From NCBI RefSeq assembly GCF_947487515.1, contig NZ_CANKWO010000003.1, positions 139,103-203,102 on the forward strand: 64,000 nucleotides of DNA. The letters run 5' to 3'. Source of the stretch: an uncultured Litoreibacter sp. (GTDB taxonomy: Bacteria > Pseudomonadota > Alphaproteobacteria > Rhodobacterales > Rhodobacteraceae). The notes beneath the pieces were generated by a model. It was not told the DNA's origin. It did no database searches and was given only the letters and a program-made list of their open reading frames with translations. The position numbers were made by a program, and so were the translations under genes. This document shows positions 17,993 through 26,547 of the stretch, piece by piece; positions within the stretch are counted from its first letter, which is position 1, and each line of letters starts with the position of its first letter.

Positions 17993-19847
17993 TTGGTGTC
18001 TCGGCTTCTGCTTCTGGGGTGTCAGTGGCGGCGGCGCGGGCGTCTGTCAACAGTTTGAACTCGATCCGACGGTTGGCCTCTCGGCCCTCGGCGGTGTCAT
18101 TATCCGCAATCGGGTCCGCTTCGCCGTAACCTTTCGCGGTGATGTTGCCCACCAAAACGCGGCGCGCCAAAAGTGCCGAGCGCACGGCGTCAGCCCGTTG
18201 CTGGCTTAGGGCGGCGTTCATCTCTTCGCGGCCTTGGCTGTCGGTGTAGCCGCCGATTTCCATCTGTACGCGTTCGCACTGCTTGGCGATCTGGGCAATG
18301 CGGTCAACGGTTTGGCCGGCTGCTTCGGTGATGTCGCTGGAGGACGGCTCAAACACAATCTTGGAGGCATTCAGCATGGAGTTAATCTTCGATACGCATT
18401 CCTTGGGGGAAGGAAGCGCCAAGGTCGTGTCCAGAAGTTCGTCATAGCGGACGCTGACCTCGAAGTTTTCTGCTTCACCCAATTTGTCCGCCAAGCTGCG
18501 CGAAATTGTGTCCGATGCGGTTTTGTTGCCGCTGACGCCGCGAATTTCAACATAGTCGGTTTGCACCACAGCGCTGCCGTTTTCCAAGCTGGCCAAAGCC
18601 TCAAGTGCTGCCAAAACGCGAACCGGCCAGTTTTGCGGCAGATTGGCGTCGTCGCGGGTCGCCAGATATACTTTGTCACTGCCAAATTGCGCACGCGCAA
18701 AGGAGCCTACGATCTGCTCGGCGCTGTCATCTGGAAGGCGACCACGCAGCTGCACCAAACCTTCGGGGCTGCGGGTGGCGACGAATTCAATGGCGGCTTC
18801 TGCCCCAGTGCCGTCAACGATCACCTTTTCGGGCAGAACGGCATGCATGGAAAATACGTCGGGCAGGGCGGCGTCCACTTCGCCCACGACGCGGTCAAAG
18901 GTGCCTTGGCTGGTGGTGTCTAAGGCCACCATGGTGATGTCAGCGTCCGAGAAGGTCAACGATCCGCCGCCTAGGTCCTTGAGCCCCGCGATAGAGACCT
19001 CAACAGCCTTCGCCCAATTTGGGGACGGAACCCCGAGGCCAATGGCACATTCCGGCTTTTCGATGCGGCCGGCCTCGCTGGCTGCACGCAAGATCGCGGA
19101 TTTGCTGGCTTCGTCATAGGCAGAGCAGGCGTCAAAGGCGGCGTTGCCCTCTGCGTCCAGTGTGAAGCGCAACGTAAAGGGCGATATAACTGGGCGGGGG
19201 GCGGAAATGTTCAACACCAAGCGCACGCCGTTCGGGGCGCTTCGGGCCAGTTGCGATTCTATGCGGCGCTTGTTTTCGGGGCTGTCGGAAATGGCGGTTA
19301 CTTCGATCACATCCGCCGAGACGGAAATCTTGGATCGCTCCAGATCACGCAGGGCTTTGATCGAAAAATCCAGCACTTGTTCCCAGTTAGAGGGCACAGG
19401 ATAGCTGGCGGTTTCCAGCAGGTCGGTAATCCGCGAGCCTTCGACAATGTCGCTCAATTGGTCAACGATGCCGTTGCCTTCTTCAGCAGGGGGGATCAGG
19501 CCGATTAACGACACCCCTTCGCCATTGCGCAGCATTTCCACCGAGAAACGCGGGGCCTCGATCTCTTCGCGGGCCTTGACGTCCATGTTGTCGACGATGC
19601 GGTCGGGATCGACCACGGCGCCGACGGCCGACACCACACGAAAGCGGGTCGCCTCGTCGGGCGCTTCGCCGCCAAGGGCCACCAGCAAACCGTCTGTGGT
19701 GACAGACGTCCAATCATGCTTCCCGTCGATCAATTTTGAGGTAACAACTTCCGCCGAACGGGCCTCAACCCAACCAGCCGCGAGCCATGCGCCGCCAACG
19801 GACAGCGCAGCAGCGGAACAAAAAGCGGCAATTGTCTTTAGTCTCAT
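17985..19847 (-). CDS. OmpA-family protein with N-terminal anchor and repeated BON-like modules
   Basis: C-terminal OmpA/MotB peptidoglycan-binding domain (GYTDSQG...LSQQRADAV...NRRIEF). Four similar roughly 60-aa modules upstream, seen by eye. Confidence 0.85.
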   Translation of the reverse strand: MRLKTIAAFCSAAALSVGGAWLAAGWVEARSAEVVTSKLIDGKHDWTSVTTDGLLVALGGEAPDEATRFRVVSAVGAVVDPDRIVDNMDVKAREEIEAPRFSVEMLRNGEGVSLIGLIPPAEEGNGIVDQLSDIVEGSRITDLLETASYPVPSNWEQVLDFSIKALRDLERSKISVSADVIEVTAISDSPENKRRIESQLARSAPNGVRLVLNISAPRPVISPFTLRFTLDAEGNAAFDACSAYDEASKSAILRAASEAGRIEKPECAIGLGVPSPNWAKAVEVSIAGLKDLGGGSLTFSDADITMVALDTTSQGTFDRVVGEVDAALPDVFSMHAVLPEKVIVDGTGAEAAIEFVATRSPEGLVQLRGRLPDDSAEQIVGSFARAQFGSDKVYLATRDDANLPQNWPVRVLAALEALASLENGSAVVQTDYVEIRGVSGNKTASDTISRSLADKLGEAENFEVSVRYDELLDTTLALPSPKECVSKINSMLNASKIVFEPSSSDITEAAGQTVDRIAQIAKQCERVQMEIGGYTDSQGREEMNAALSQQRADAVRSALLARRVLVGNITAKGYGEADPIADNDTAEGREANRRIEFKLLTDARAAATDTPEAEAETPSE

Positions 19848-19918
19848 ACAGTTCGTCTACCAGTGTCGGTGCGGCAAGGCGCTTGCACCCTCCTAACGGG
19901 CGCGGCGCGAATGTTCAA

Positions 19919-20884
19919 TCACAGCAAGGCCGCAACGGCAAGAAACAGCGCACAAATGAGGCCCGCATCGCGGTTCGAGCGGAACAAACGCATGCAGGCT
20001 TCCCAATCCTCCGTGTCCAAACGACGCAACTGCCAAACCATGTGCCAGCCAAAGGCCCACACCCCCGAAAGGGCCACGGTCAACACCATGACATTCGCGT
20101 CAGGCACCAAGGCCACAATGACCGCCGAGGCCATCAGCAACACCGAAACAATCATGAATAGCCGCAACCACCAAAGCGAGTCGTCTCCAAACAACCGTGC
20201 GGTGGATTTGATGCCGATCAGCGCATCGTCTTCTTTGTCTTGATGCGCGTAGATGGTGTCATAAAACAGCGTCCACGCAATTCCGGCGAGATACAACATC
20301 ACCGGTGCCAAACCTAGCGACCCCGTATGCGCCGCCCAAGCCAGCAAAGCCCCCCAGTTGAAAGCGACACCCAAGAAGACCTGCGGCCACCATGTGAAGC
20401 GCTTGGCAAACGGGTAGATCGCCACCGGAAGAAGGGCCAGCACCCCCAAGGCAATTGCCACCCCGTTGAAGGTCAGCAAAACCGCCAAAGACACCAACGC
20501 TTGCAGGCCCATCCAGATCACAGCGCCTTTGACACCCACCTGTCCTGACGGCAATGGTCGCGACTTTGTGCGGGCCACTTGGGCGTCCAGTTTGCGGTCC
20601 GAGATGTCATTCCATGTGCACCCCGCCCCCCGCATCAAAAACGCCCCTATGGCGCAGCCGACGATGATCCAAAGGTCCAACCAGCCCAACCCCGCGGGAT
20701 CCGCCGCCGCCGCAAGAAGCACGCCCCACCAGCAGGGCAGCAGCAAAAGCCATGTGCCCACGGGCCGATCTGCACGGCTGAGGCGCAGATACGGGCGCGT
20801 GACCGCAGGGGCCCAGCTGTCGACCCAGTTCTTTTCCACCGCGTCAATGACTTGGCCCTCTGGCAATTGGCTCGTCTCGCTCAT
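19919..20884 (-). CDS. ubiA: 4-hydroxybenzoate polyprenyltransferase
   Basis: UbiA prenyltransferase motifs (NDISDRKLD, YAHQDKEDD). The track ORF extends to 21343, but that part is antisense to rsmE, so I trimmed to ATG 20884 (MSETSQ). Confidence 0.9.
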   Translation of the reverse strand: MSETSQLPEGQVIDAVEKNWVDSWAPAVTRPYLRLSRADRPVGTWLLLLPCWWGVLLAAAADPAGLGWLDLWIIVGCAIGAFLMRGAGCTWNDISDRKLDAQVARTKSRPLPSGQVGVKGAVIWMGLQALVSLAVLLTFNGVAIALGVLALLPVAIYPFAKRFTWWPQVFLGVAFNWGALLAWAAHTGSLGLAPVMLYLAGIAWTLFYDTIYAHQDKEDDALIGIKSTARLFGDDSLWWLRLFMIVSVLLMASAVIVALVPDANVMVLTVALSGVWAFGWHMVWQLRRLDTEDWEACMRLFRSNRDAGLICALFLAVAALL

Positions 20885-20896
20885 ATGTTCTGCCTC

Positions 20897-21622
20897 ATGG
20901 AACGCGCAAAAATCAGGTTGTTTGTAGAGCACCCGTTGGGACAGGGCAATTCCGTCCCAATGACGCAGCCGCAGGCAAATTATCTTTTCAACGTTATGCG
21001 CCTTGGCGTGGGCGATATGGTCGCCTTGTTCAACGGGGCGGATGGCGAATGGACCTGCCGTGTGGTGGACGCCGCCAAGCGTCGCGGCATGGTGATCTGC
21101 GAGGAACAAACCTTGCCCCTGCAGATGCCCCCAGACCTGTGGCTGGTCTTCGCCCCGATCAAAAAGGCCCGCACGGATTTCATCGTCGAGAAGGCCGCAG
21201 AAATGGGCGCGGCCAAGATTTTTCCGGTGCAAACGGAATACACCAACTCCGACCGCATCCGCCAAGACAAGCTGCAGGCCCATGCCATTGAGGCCGCCGA
21301 GCAATGCGGCGGCACCTATGTGCCCGAGGTGGCGAATATCCAAAAGCTTGCTGCCATGTTGGACAGCTGGCCCGAGGATCGCCAGATCCTGTTCTGCGAC
21401 GAATCTATGGTCGGGCAGCCATCATCGCTTGCTGATTTGCCAAAAGGCCCTTGGGCCATTGTGATCGGCCCCGAAGGCGGGTTCTCGCCCCGCGAACGCG
21501 CGGCCTTGAAGGCTCACCCTAGCGCGCATGCGATTAGCCTTGGCCCACGGATATTGCGTGCTGATACCGCCGCGGTTGCGGCTTTGGCCTTGTGGCAAAC
21601 CGCGCTTGGGGATTGGGGATGA
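20897..21622 (+). CDS. rsmE: 16S rRNA (uracil1498-N3)-methyltransferase
   Basis: RLFVEH...ANYLFNVMRL..GD.V.LFNG.DGEW N-terminus and C-terminal IGPEGGFS..E SPOUT motif. Start is ATG 20897 or 20885. Confidence 0.85.
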   Translation: MERAKIRLFVEHPLGQGNSVPMTQPQANYLFNVMRLGVGDMVALFNGADGEWTCRVVDAAKRRGMVICEEQTLPLQMPPDLWLVFAPIKKARTDFIVEKAAEMGAAKIFPVQTEYTNSDRIRQDKLQAHAIEAAEQCGGTYVPEVANIQKLAAMLDSWPEDRQILFCDESMVGQPSSLADLPKGPWAIVIGPEGGFSPRERAALKAHPSAHAISLGPRILRADTAAVAALALWQTALGDWG

Positions 21623-22143
21623 TCCGGCCGGAAGTGGAGGCGCTCTTCTGGCGCTACGCCGAGGTGCTGATCGGCTTGGCAATCGCTGTGTTTGGGGTGC
21701 TGATCTTCAATCAGATAGGGCTTTTGTGGCAGGGCTTGGGGGCGCTGTTTATCCTTGCTGGTGTGGCGATCGCTTGGACGGGCTGGCGTCGGGCGCGCTT
21801 GACCGCCACCTCCCACGATGGCCCCGGCGTGGTCGAGGTGGACGAACGCCAGATCACCTATTTTGCCCCTATGGGCGGCGGCGCGGTGTCGATCAACGAC
21901 TTGGCCCGCGTGACCATTCTAACCAGCGACAAAGGCCCGATAGAGGACGACGTGCATTGGCTGTTGGAGGAAAACGGAGGCAGCCGCTTGTTGATCCCGA
22001 ATTCCGCAGAAGGGGCGGCGCAACTGTTCGACGCGCTGTCGCCCCTGAAAGGCGTTGATTTTGAGGCGGCAATTCGCGCGATGGGATCGACGACGAATGA
22101 CAGCTTTGTGATATGGACCAAAGAGCCCGTCCAGTTGCATTGA
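21619..22143 (+). CDS. hypothetical membrane protein (two N-terminal helices plus soluble domain)
   Basis: ATGA overlap with the rsmE stop, two hydrophobic helices, coding-like third-position G/C. No family recognised. Confidence 0.6.
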   Translation: MIRPEVEALFWRYAEVLIGLAIAVFGVLIFNQIGLLWQGLGALFILAGVAIAWTGWRRARLTATSHDGPGVVEVDERQITYFAPMGGGAVSINDLARVTILTSDKGPIEDDVHWLLEENGGSRLLIPNSAEGAAQLFDALSPLKGVDFEAAIRAMGSTTNDSFVIWTKEPVQLH

Positions 22144-22201
22144 CATCCCCCGCAAATCATCTCAACGCTAGACGCTCAAACAGCCAGACGGAGCCAGCAC
22201 A

Positions 22202-23572
22202 ATGTCCATTCCTCAATCCGGCGGCGGACTGATCACCGACCATTCCCAACTTGCACAATTGCTGGCAGACGGCTGCAAGCCCAAGGACCAATGGCGCATC
22301 GGAACCGAGCACGAAAAATTCGGGTATTGCCAAGATAGCCACCAGCCATTGCCCTACGAGGGGGATCGCTCGATCCATGCTGTTTTGTCCGGCCTGCGCG
22401 ACCGCTTTGGCTGGTATCCGGTGGAGGAAGGCGGGCACCTGATCGGGTTGAACAAAGACGGCGCGAATGTCTCGCTGGAACCTGGCGGCGCGTTGGAGCT
22501 GTCTGGCGCACCGTTGGAAACCGTCCACCAAACCTGCGACGAGGTGAATACGCATCTGGCCGAGGTCAAAGCCGTCTCGGACGAGATCGGCGTGAAGTTT
22601 ATCGGCCTAGGCGCCGCGCCAGAATGGAGCCATGAGGAAATGCCCCTCATGCCCAAGGGGCGCTACAAGCTGATGAACAACTATATGGAAAAAGTTGGCA
22701 CCATGGGCACCGCCATGATGCGTCGGACCTGCACTGTGCAGGTGAACCTCGACTTCGGGTCCGAGGCCGACATGGTCCAAAAGATGCGCGTCGCTTTGGC
22801 CTTGCAGCCTGTCGCCACGGCACTTTTTGCGAACTCGCCGTTCTTTGAGGGCAAGATCAACAATCACAAATCTTGGCGCTCGCGGATCTGGCGTGATCTG
22901 GATGCGGACCGCACGGGCATGCTGCCCTTCGTGTTCGACGAAGGTATGGGCTTTGAGGCTTGGGCCGAATGGGTGCTGGATGTGCCGATGTACTTCGTCT
23001 ACCGCGACGGCAAATACATCGATGCGCTTGGCCAGTCCTTCCGCGACTTCCTCAAGGGTGAACTGCCAGCCTTGCCAGGTGAAAAGCCGCTGTTGTCCGA
23101 TTGGGCGGATCACTTAACAACCGTATTCCCCGAAGCCCGCATCAAGCAGTTCATGGAAATGCGCGGTGCGGATGGTGGTCCATGGCGTCGCCTATGTGCG
23201 CTGCCTGCATTCTGGGTTGGCCTTTGCTATGATCAAACCGCATTGGATGCCGCGTGGGATGTTGCCAAGGGCTGGGACGCAGACACCCGCGAGGCGTGGC
23301 GCGTCGCGGCCTCCGTGGATGGACTGGCGGCCGAAGTAAATGGCATGAAGATGGTCGATCTCGCGCGGGAGGTGGTCAATATTTCCGAGGCGGGCCTAAA
23401 GGCGCGCGCCAAGCCGGGCGCCGGGGGCTTGGTGCCCGACGAGACCCACTTCCTCAATGCATTGCAAGAAAGCATCGAAACAGGCCAAACCCCTGCCGAT
23501 GAGTTGCTGGCCAAGTACCGTGGTGAATGGGGTGGTGACCTAAGCCGCATCTACGACGAATACAGCTACTAG
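22202..23572 (+). CDS. gshA: glutamate--cysteine ligase, plant/alphaproteobacterial type (GCS2)
   Basis: 456 aa; the pattern GTEHEKFGY...LEPGGALELSGAP...RMLPF is typical of the GSH1-type enzyme. Confidence 0.9.
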   Translation: MSIPQSGGGLITDHSQLAQLLADGCKPKDQWRIGTEHEKFGYCQDSHQPLPYEGDRSIHAVLSGLRDRFGWYPVEEGGHLIGLNKDGANVSLEPGGALELSGAPLETVHQTCDEVNTHLAEVKAVSDEIGVKFIGLGAAPEWSHEEMPLMPKGRYKLMNNYMEKVGTMGTAMMRRTCTVQVNLDFGSEADMVQKMRVALALQPVATALFANSPFFEGKINNHKSWRSRIWRDLDADRTGMLPFVFDEGMGFEAWAEWVLDVPMYFVYRDGKYIDALGQSFRDFLKGELPALPGEKPLLSDWADHLTTVFPEARIKQFMEMRGADGGPWRRLCALPAFWVGLCYDQTALDAAWDVAKGWDADTREAWRVAASVDGLAAEVNGMKMVDLAREVVNISEAGLKARAKPGAGGLVPDETHFLNALQESIETGQTPADELLAKYRGEWGGDLSRIYDEYSY

Positions 23573-23997
23573 TCGTCGTCACGCACCAACGGCACGCGAG
23601 AGCTGCCGTAGGTGATCCCCTCGGGCTTTGAGCGCCCCAACGGGTCGTCCCCGTATCCGTTTGGGCCGATGTCGCCAGGCAGAAGGGCTAAAATCAGCAA
23701 GGCTAGCTGCCCAAACGGCACCACCCCCAAGATCAACAAAAAGCCAGTCAGCCCCTTGTCGTGCAGGCGTCTGACCATAACTGCGATGAGCGGGAAGAAC
23801 ATCACGCAGACATAGATCACCACGGGCAAAATGGTGGTCTCGTTGATGACCACTGAAGAAAATGCGGCGTAGATCACATAGGCGATGAAGCCGCCGGTGT
23901 AGATCAAAAAGAACCACCAAAATTCGGAGCGCGACGCACGACCACGCCACCGAAAGGACTGGGAAATGCAGCTTCCAAGTGCCCGAACCGGTCCCAT
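23569..23997 (-). CDS. DUF805-family inner membrane protein
   Basis: RGRASRSEFWWFFL signature followed by several helices. Its stop overlaps the gshA stop (CTAG). Confidence 0.75.
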   Translation of the reverse strand: MGPVRALGSCISQSFRWRGRASRSEFWWFFLIYTGGFIAYVIYAAFSSVVINETTILPVVIYVCVMFFPLIAVMVRRLHDKGLTGFLLILGVVPFGQLALLILALLPGDIGPNGYGDDPLGRSKPEGITYGSSRVPLVRDDD

Positions 23998-24001
23998 TCA
24001 T

Positions 24002-24613
24002 TTATCCCTTTTTGAATTGAATCTTCTTTTCGGTGCCATTCAGTATGCGACGAATATTGCCAGCATGGCGCATCCAGATCAATGCACCCAACAAGGCCGA
24101 CAAGACGATGTAGCTCGGAAGTCCGATGACATTGAGCACAAGCGGCATGAGCGCGGCCGTCGCCAGCGCGGCCAGCGACGAAATGCGAAACAGTAGCGCA
24201 AAGGCCAGCCATGTCATGCACGAGGCAAAGCCCGCAACGAAAGACAGCCCCAAAAGGGTGCCCAGATAGGTCGCCACCCCCTTGCCGCCATTAAAGTTCA
24301 ACCACACAGGGAAGATATGGCCAAGGAAGGCCATAAGCCCAGCCAGCTGCGCCGCGTCCTCGCCGATGAAGATCCGCGCCAGTATAACCGCGATACCCCC
24401 TTTTCCGGCGTCCAGCAGTAAGGTCGCCAAAGCTGCGGGTTTCGATCCGGTGCGCAATACATTGGTGGCCCCAATGTTGCCCGACCCGATTTTGCGCAAG
24501 TCGCCCAGCCCCATCAGCTTGGCAATGACCAAGCCGAAGGGGATCGAGCCCAGCAAATACGAAGAGACGGCAATGAAACACAAAAGATAAGGTGCGGTGA
24601 CGATCTCAGGCAT
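24002..24613 (-). CDS. plsY: glycerol-3-phosphate acyltransferase PlsY
   Basis: YLLGSIPFG..I, GSGNIGATNVLR and FNGGKGVAT motifs. Trimmed to ATG 24613 (MPEIV). Confidence 0.9.
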   Translation of the reverse strand: MPEIVTAPYLLCFIAVSSYLLGSIPFGLVIAKLMGLGDLRKIGSGNIGATNVLRTGSKPAALATLLLDAGKGGIAVILARIFIGEDAAQLAGLMAFLGHIFPVWLNFNGGKGVATYLGTLLGLSFVAGFASCMTWLAFALLFRISSLAALATAALMPLVLNVIGLPSYIVLSALLGALIWMRHAGNIRRILNGTEKKIQFKKG

Positions 24614-25901
24614 TGGTGAAGACCTCCTTGCCGCCCACAAAGGTGCGCAACACGCGGCCCTGCATACGTTGGCCGTCAAACGGGGTGTTCTTGGACTTGG
24701 AACGCAGAGTTTCGCGGTCCATCACAAAGGGCGCATTCGGGTCAAACACCACCAGATCGGCGGGCGCGCCTACGCTCAGGCGGCCGCCGTCGAGCCCCAA
24801 CCGCTTCGCGGGGTTCAGGGAAAGGGCACGCCACAGGGTTGGCAGATCAACGGCATCGGCATGAAGCAACCGCATCGCGGCAGGAAGCAAGGTTTCCAAC
24901 GCAACTGCGCCGGAAGCGGCCTCTTCAAACGGCAGGCGTTTGCTTTCCTCATCTTGTGGGGTGTGCATGGAGCAGATCACGTCGATCAACCCGCTGGCCA
25001 CGGCCTCGACCATGGCCAAACGGTCGTCTTCAGACCGCAGCGGCGGCTTCACCTTAAAGAAGGTGCGGTAGTCGCCCACGTCCAATTCGTTCAGTGTCAG
25101 GTGGTGGATGGAAACACCTGCGGTCACGTCCAACCCCTGCGCCTTGGCGCGTTCCAGAACTGGCAGGGACTTCGCGGTGGAGATTTGGTCAGCGTGGTAG
25201 CGCACGCCGGTCATCTCGACCAAGGCCACGTCGCGCTCCAACCCCATGCGCTCGGCCATGGGGGACACTGCGGGCAGGCCGCGAAGCGATGCGAATTTGC
25301 CCGATGTCACCGCGCTTCCCTTCGACAGGATCGGGTCTTGCGGGTGGCCCATGACCAACGCCCCAAGGGAGCGCGCATAGGTCATCGCGCGGCCCAGCAC
25401 CTTGTTGTCGGTCACCACGTTGTCACCATCCGTAAAGGCGACCGCACCGGCGTCCATCAAAAAGCCCATCTCAACCATTTCGCGCCCCGCGCGGTCTTTG
25501 GTCAGCGACGCCATGGGTGCGATACGCACAGGTGCCATTTCCGCCCCGCGTCTTTTGGTGAACTCCAAGGTTTCGGGGGTGTCGACGGTGGGGATGGTGT
25601 CGGGGCGGGTGACCATGGTGGTGACCCCACCTGCCGCCGCCGCCAAACCTGCGGTGCGGAAGCTTTCCTTGTGCCGCTCGCCAGGCTCGCAGACCTTCAC
25701 GCCGATGTCGATGATGCCGGGGGCAAGATACTTCCCGCCGCAATCCACCACGTTCCCCGTGGGGAACCTTTTGTCATTCAGATCAACATCTTGCGGTAAG
25801 ATTTCGTTAATCCGCCCGTCCTTGATGTGCAAACCCCCAAGGGTTTCGGTTCCCGCCTCAGGATCGATCAGCCGTGCGTTGGTAAGAAGCAAGTCAGACA
25901 T
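24606..25901 (-). CDS. pyrC: dihydroorotase-like protein, probably non-catalytic PyrC' type
   Basis: Aligns by eye to type I DHOase, but DLHVHLREPG reads DIGVKVCEPG and TDHAPH reads CSMHTPQ. Lies in the pyrB operon. Confidence 0.85.
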   Translation of the reverse strand: MSDLLLTNARLIDPEAGTETLGGLHIKDGRINEILPQDVDLNDKRFPTGNVVDCGGKYLAPGIIDIGVKVCEPGERHKESFRTAGLAAAAGGVTTMVTRPDTIPTVDTPETLEFTKRRGAEMAPVRIAPMASLTKDRAGREMVEMGFLMDAGAVAFTDGDNVVTDNKVLGRAMTYARSLGALVMGHPQDPILSKGSAVTSGKFASLRGLPAVSPMAERMGLERDVALVEMTGVRYHADQISTAKSLPVLERAKAQGLDVTAGVSIHHLTLNELDVGDYRTFFKVKPPLRSEDDRLAMVEAVASGLIDVICSMHTPQDEESKRLPFEEAASGAVALETLLPAAMRLLHADAVDLPTLWRALSLNPAKRLGLDGGRLSVGAPADLVVFDPNAPFVMDRETLRSKSKNTPFDGQRMQGRVLRTFVGGKEVFTNA

Positions 25902-26440
25902 CAAAAACCTATGTAGTAAGAGTAGACCCATACGCCGGATGCGATGAGTGCAATGAGCGCGATCCAAGCTAAGCGCTGGCCAAAGCTGCGTTCAAGCTTG
26001 GCATCGGAGGCGGGGCCGGTCAGCACGCCTTTGGCGGCGTCGCTTTCCAGCGGGGTAAACTTAGGAGCAGGGGCTTTGCCTTCGGTGAATGTGGCGACCA
26101 ATTTGGCGTTGCTATTCAGTTTCAGCGTCGCGGGTTTCTGATCGAAGGCAGCACTGCGGATGAATATGAGGGCGGAAGTGGCAAATGGAATATCTGACAT
26201 GTTGATGCTCTGCGGAGCAATGTCGTAGCCCTCGAGTAGAAGTGTCTTCACCTCGGCCTCAGAAAGTTCGTTGGCGGAAATGCTTTGCATCTCCTGCGGG
26301 TTTAAAGAAACGCCCCCCAAGGCTTGTTCCAAATACTCGCCATCGCCCTTTAACGAATAGGGGATCGACACATAGTCAGTGATCTGGAACACGCGTAGCA
26401 CGCCGGTCTCGCGTTTTGTTACCTGTAGGGGGTCATCCAT
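25901..26440 (-). CDS. hypothetical tail-anchored membrane protein (179 aa)
   Basis: Soluble N-domain plus C-terminal helix LAWIALIALIASGVWVY. Its TGA overlaps the ATG of the pyrC-like gene. No family recognised. Confidence 0.55.
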   Translation of the reverse strand: MDDPLQVTKRETGVLRVFQITDYVSIPYSLKGDGEYLEQALGGVSLNPQEMQSISANELSEAEVKTLLLEGYDIAPQSINMSDIPFATSALIFIRSAAFDQKPATLKLNSNAKLVATFTEGKAPAPKFTPLESDAAKGVLTGPASDAKLERSFGQRLAWIALIALIASGVWVYSYYIGF

Positions 26441-26444
26441 ACCG

Positions 26445-26546
26445 TCAGCTCCCCAACCAAATCATCAGGCCCGTGAAGGCAAAAATGCCAAGCAGTGCGT
26501 AGGTCGCGATCTTGCCGGACATGCGAGGGTCTTTGGGTTCGTTCAT
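26445..26546 (-). CDS. putative 33-aa single-helix membrane peptide
   Basis: MNEPKDPRMSGKIATYALLGIFAFTGLMIWLGS. The ATG lies 1 nt after the upstream stop, and the stop lies 4 nt before the next ATG. Below normal gene-caller confidence. Confidence 0.35.
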   Translation of the reverse strand: MNEPKDPRMSGKIATYALLGIFAFTGLMIWLGS

Positions 26547-26547
26547 T

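Noticed and set aside
19919-21343. Over-long track ORFs suggesting unusually large proteins: ubiA 474 aa, rsmE 347 aa, UDG 394 aa (27733-28917), tsaC 425 aa (36458-37735), 28626-29468, 1382-2305 and 15132-16181.
   Set aside because: The N-terminal extensions run antisense or out of frame through neighbouring real genes and lack family similarity. Internal ATG/GTG/TTG starts that restore normal protein lengths and stop/start coupling were chosen instead.
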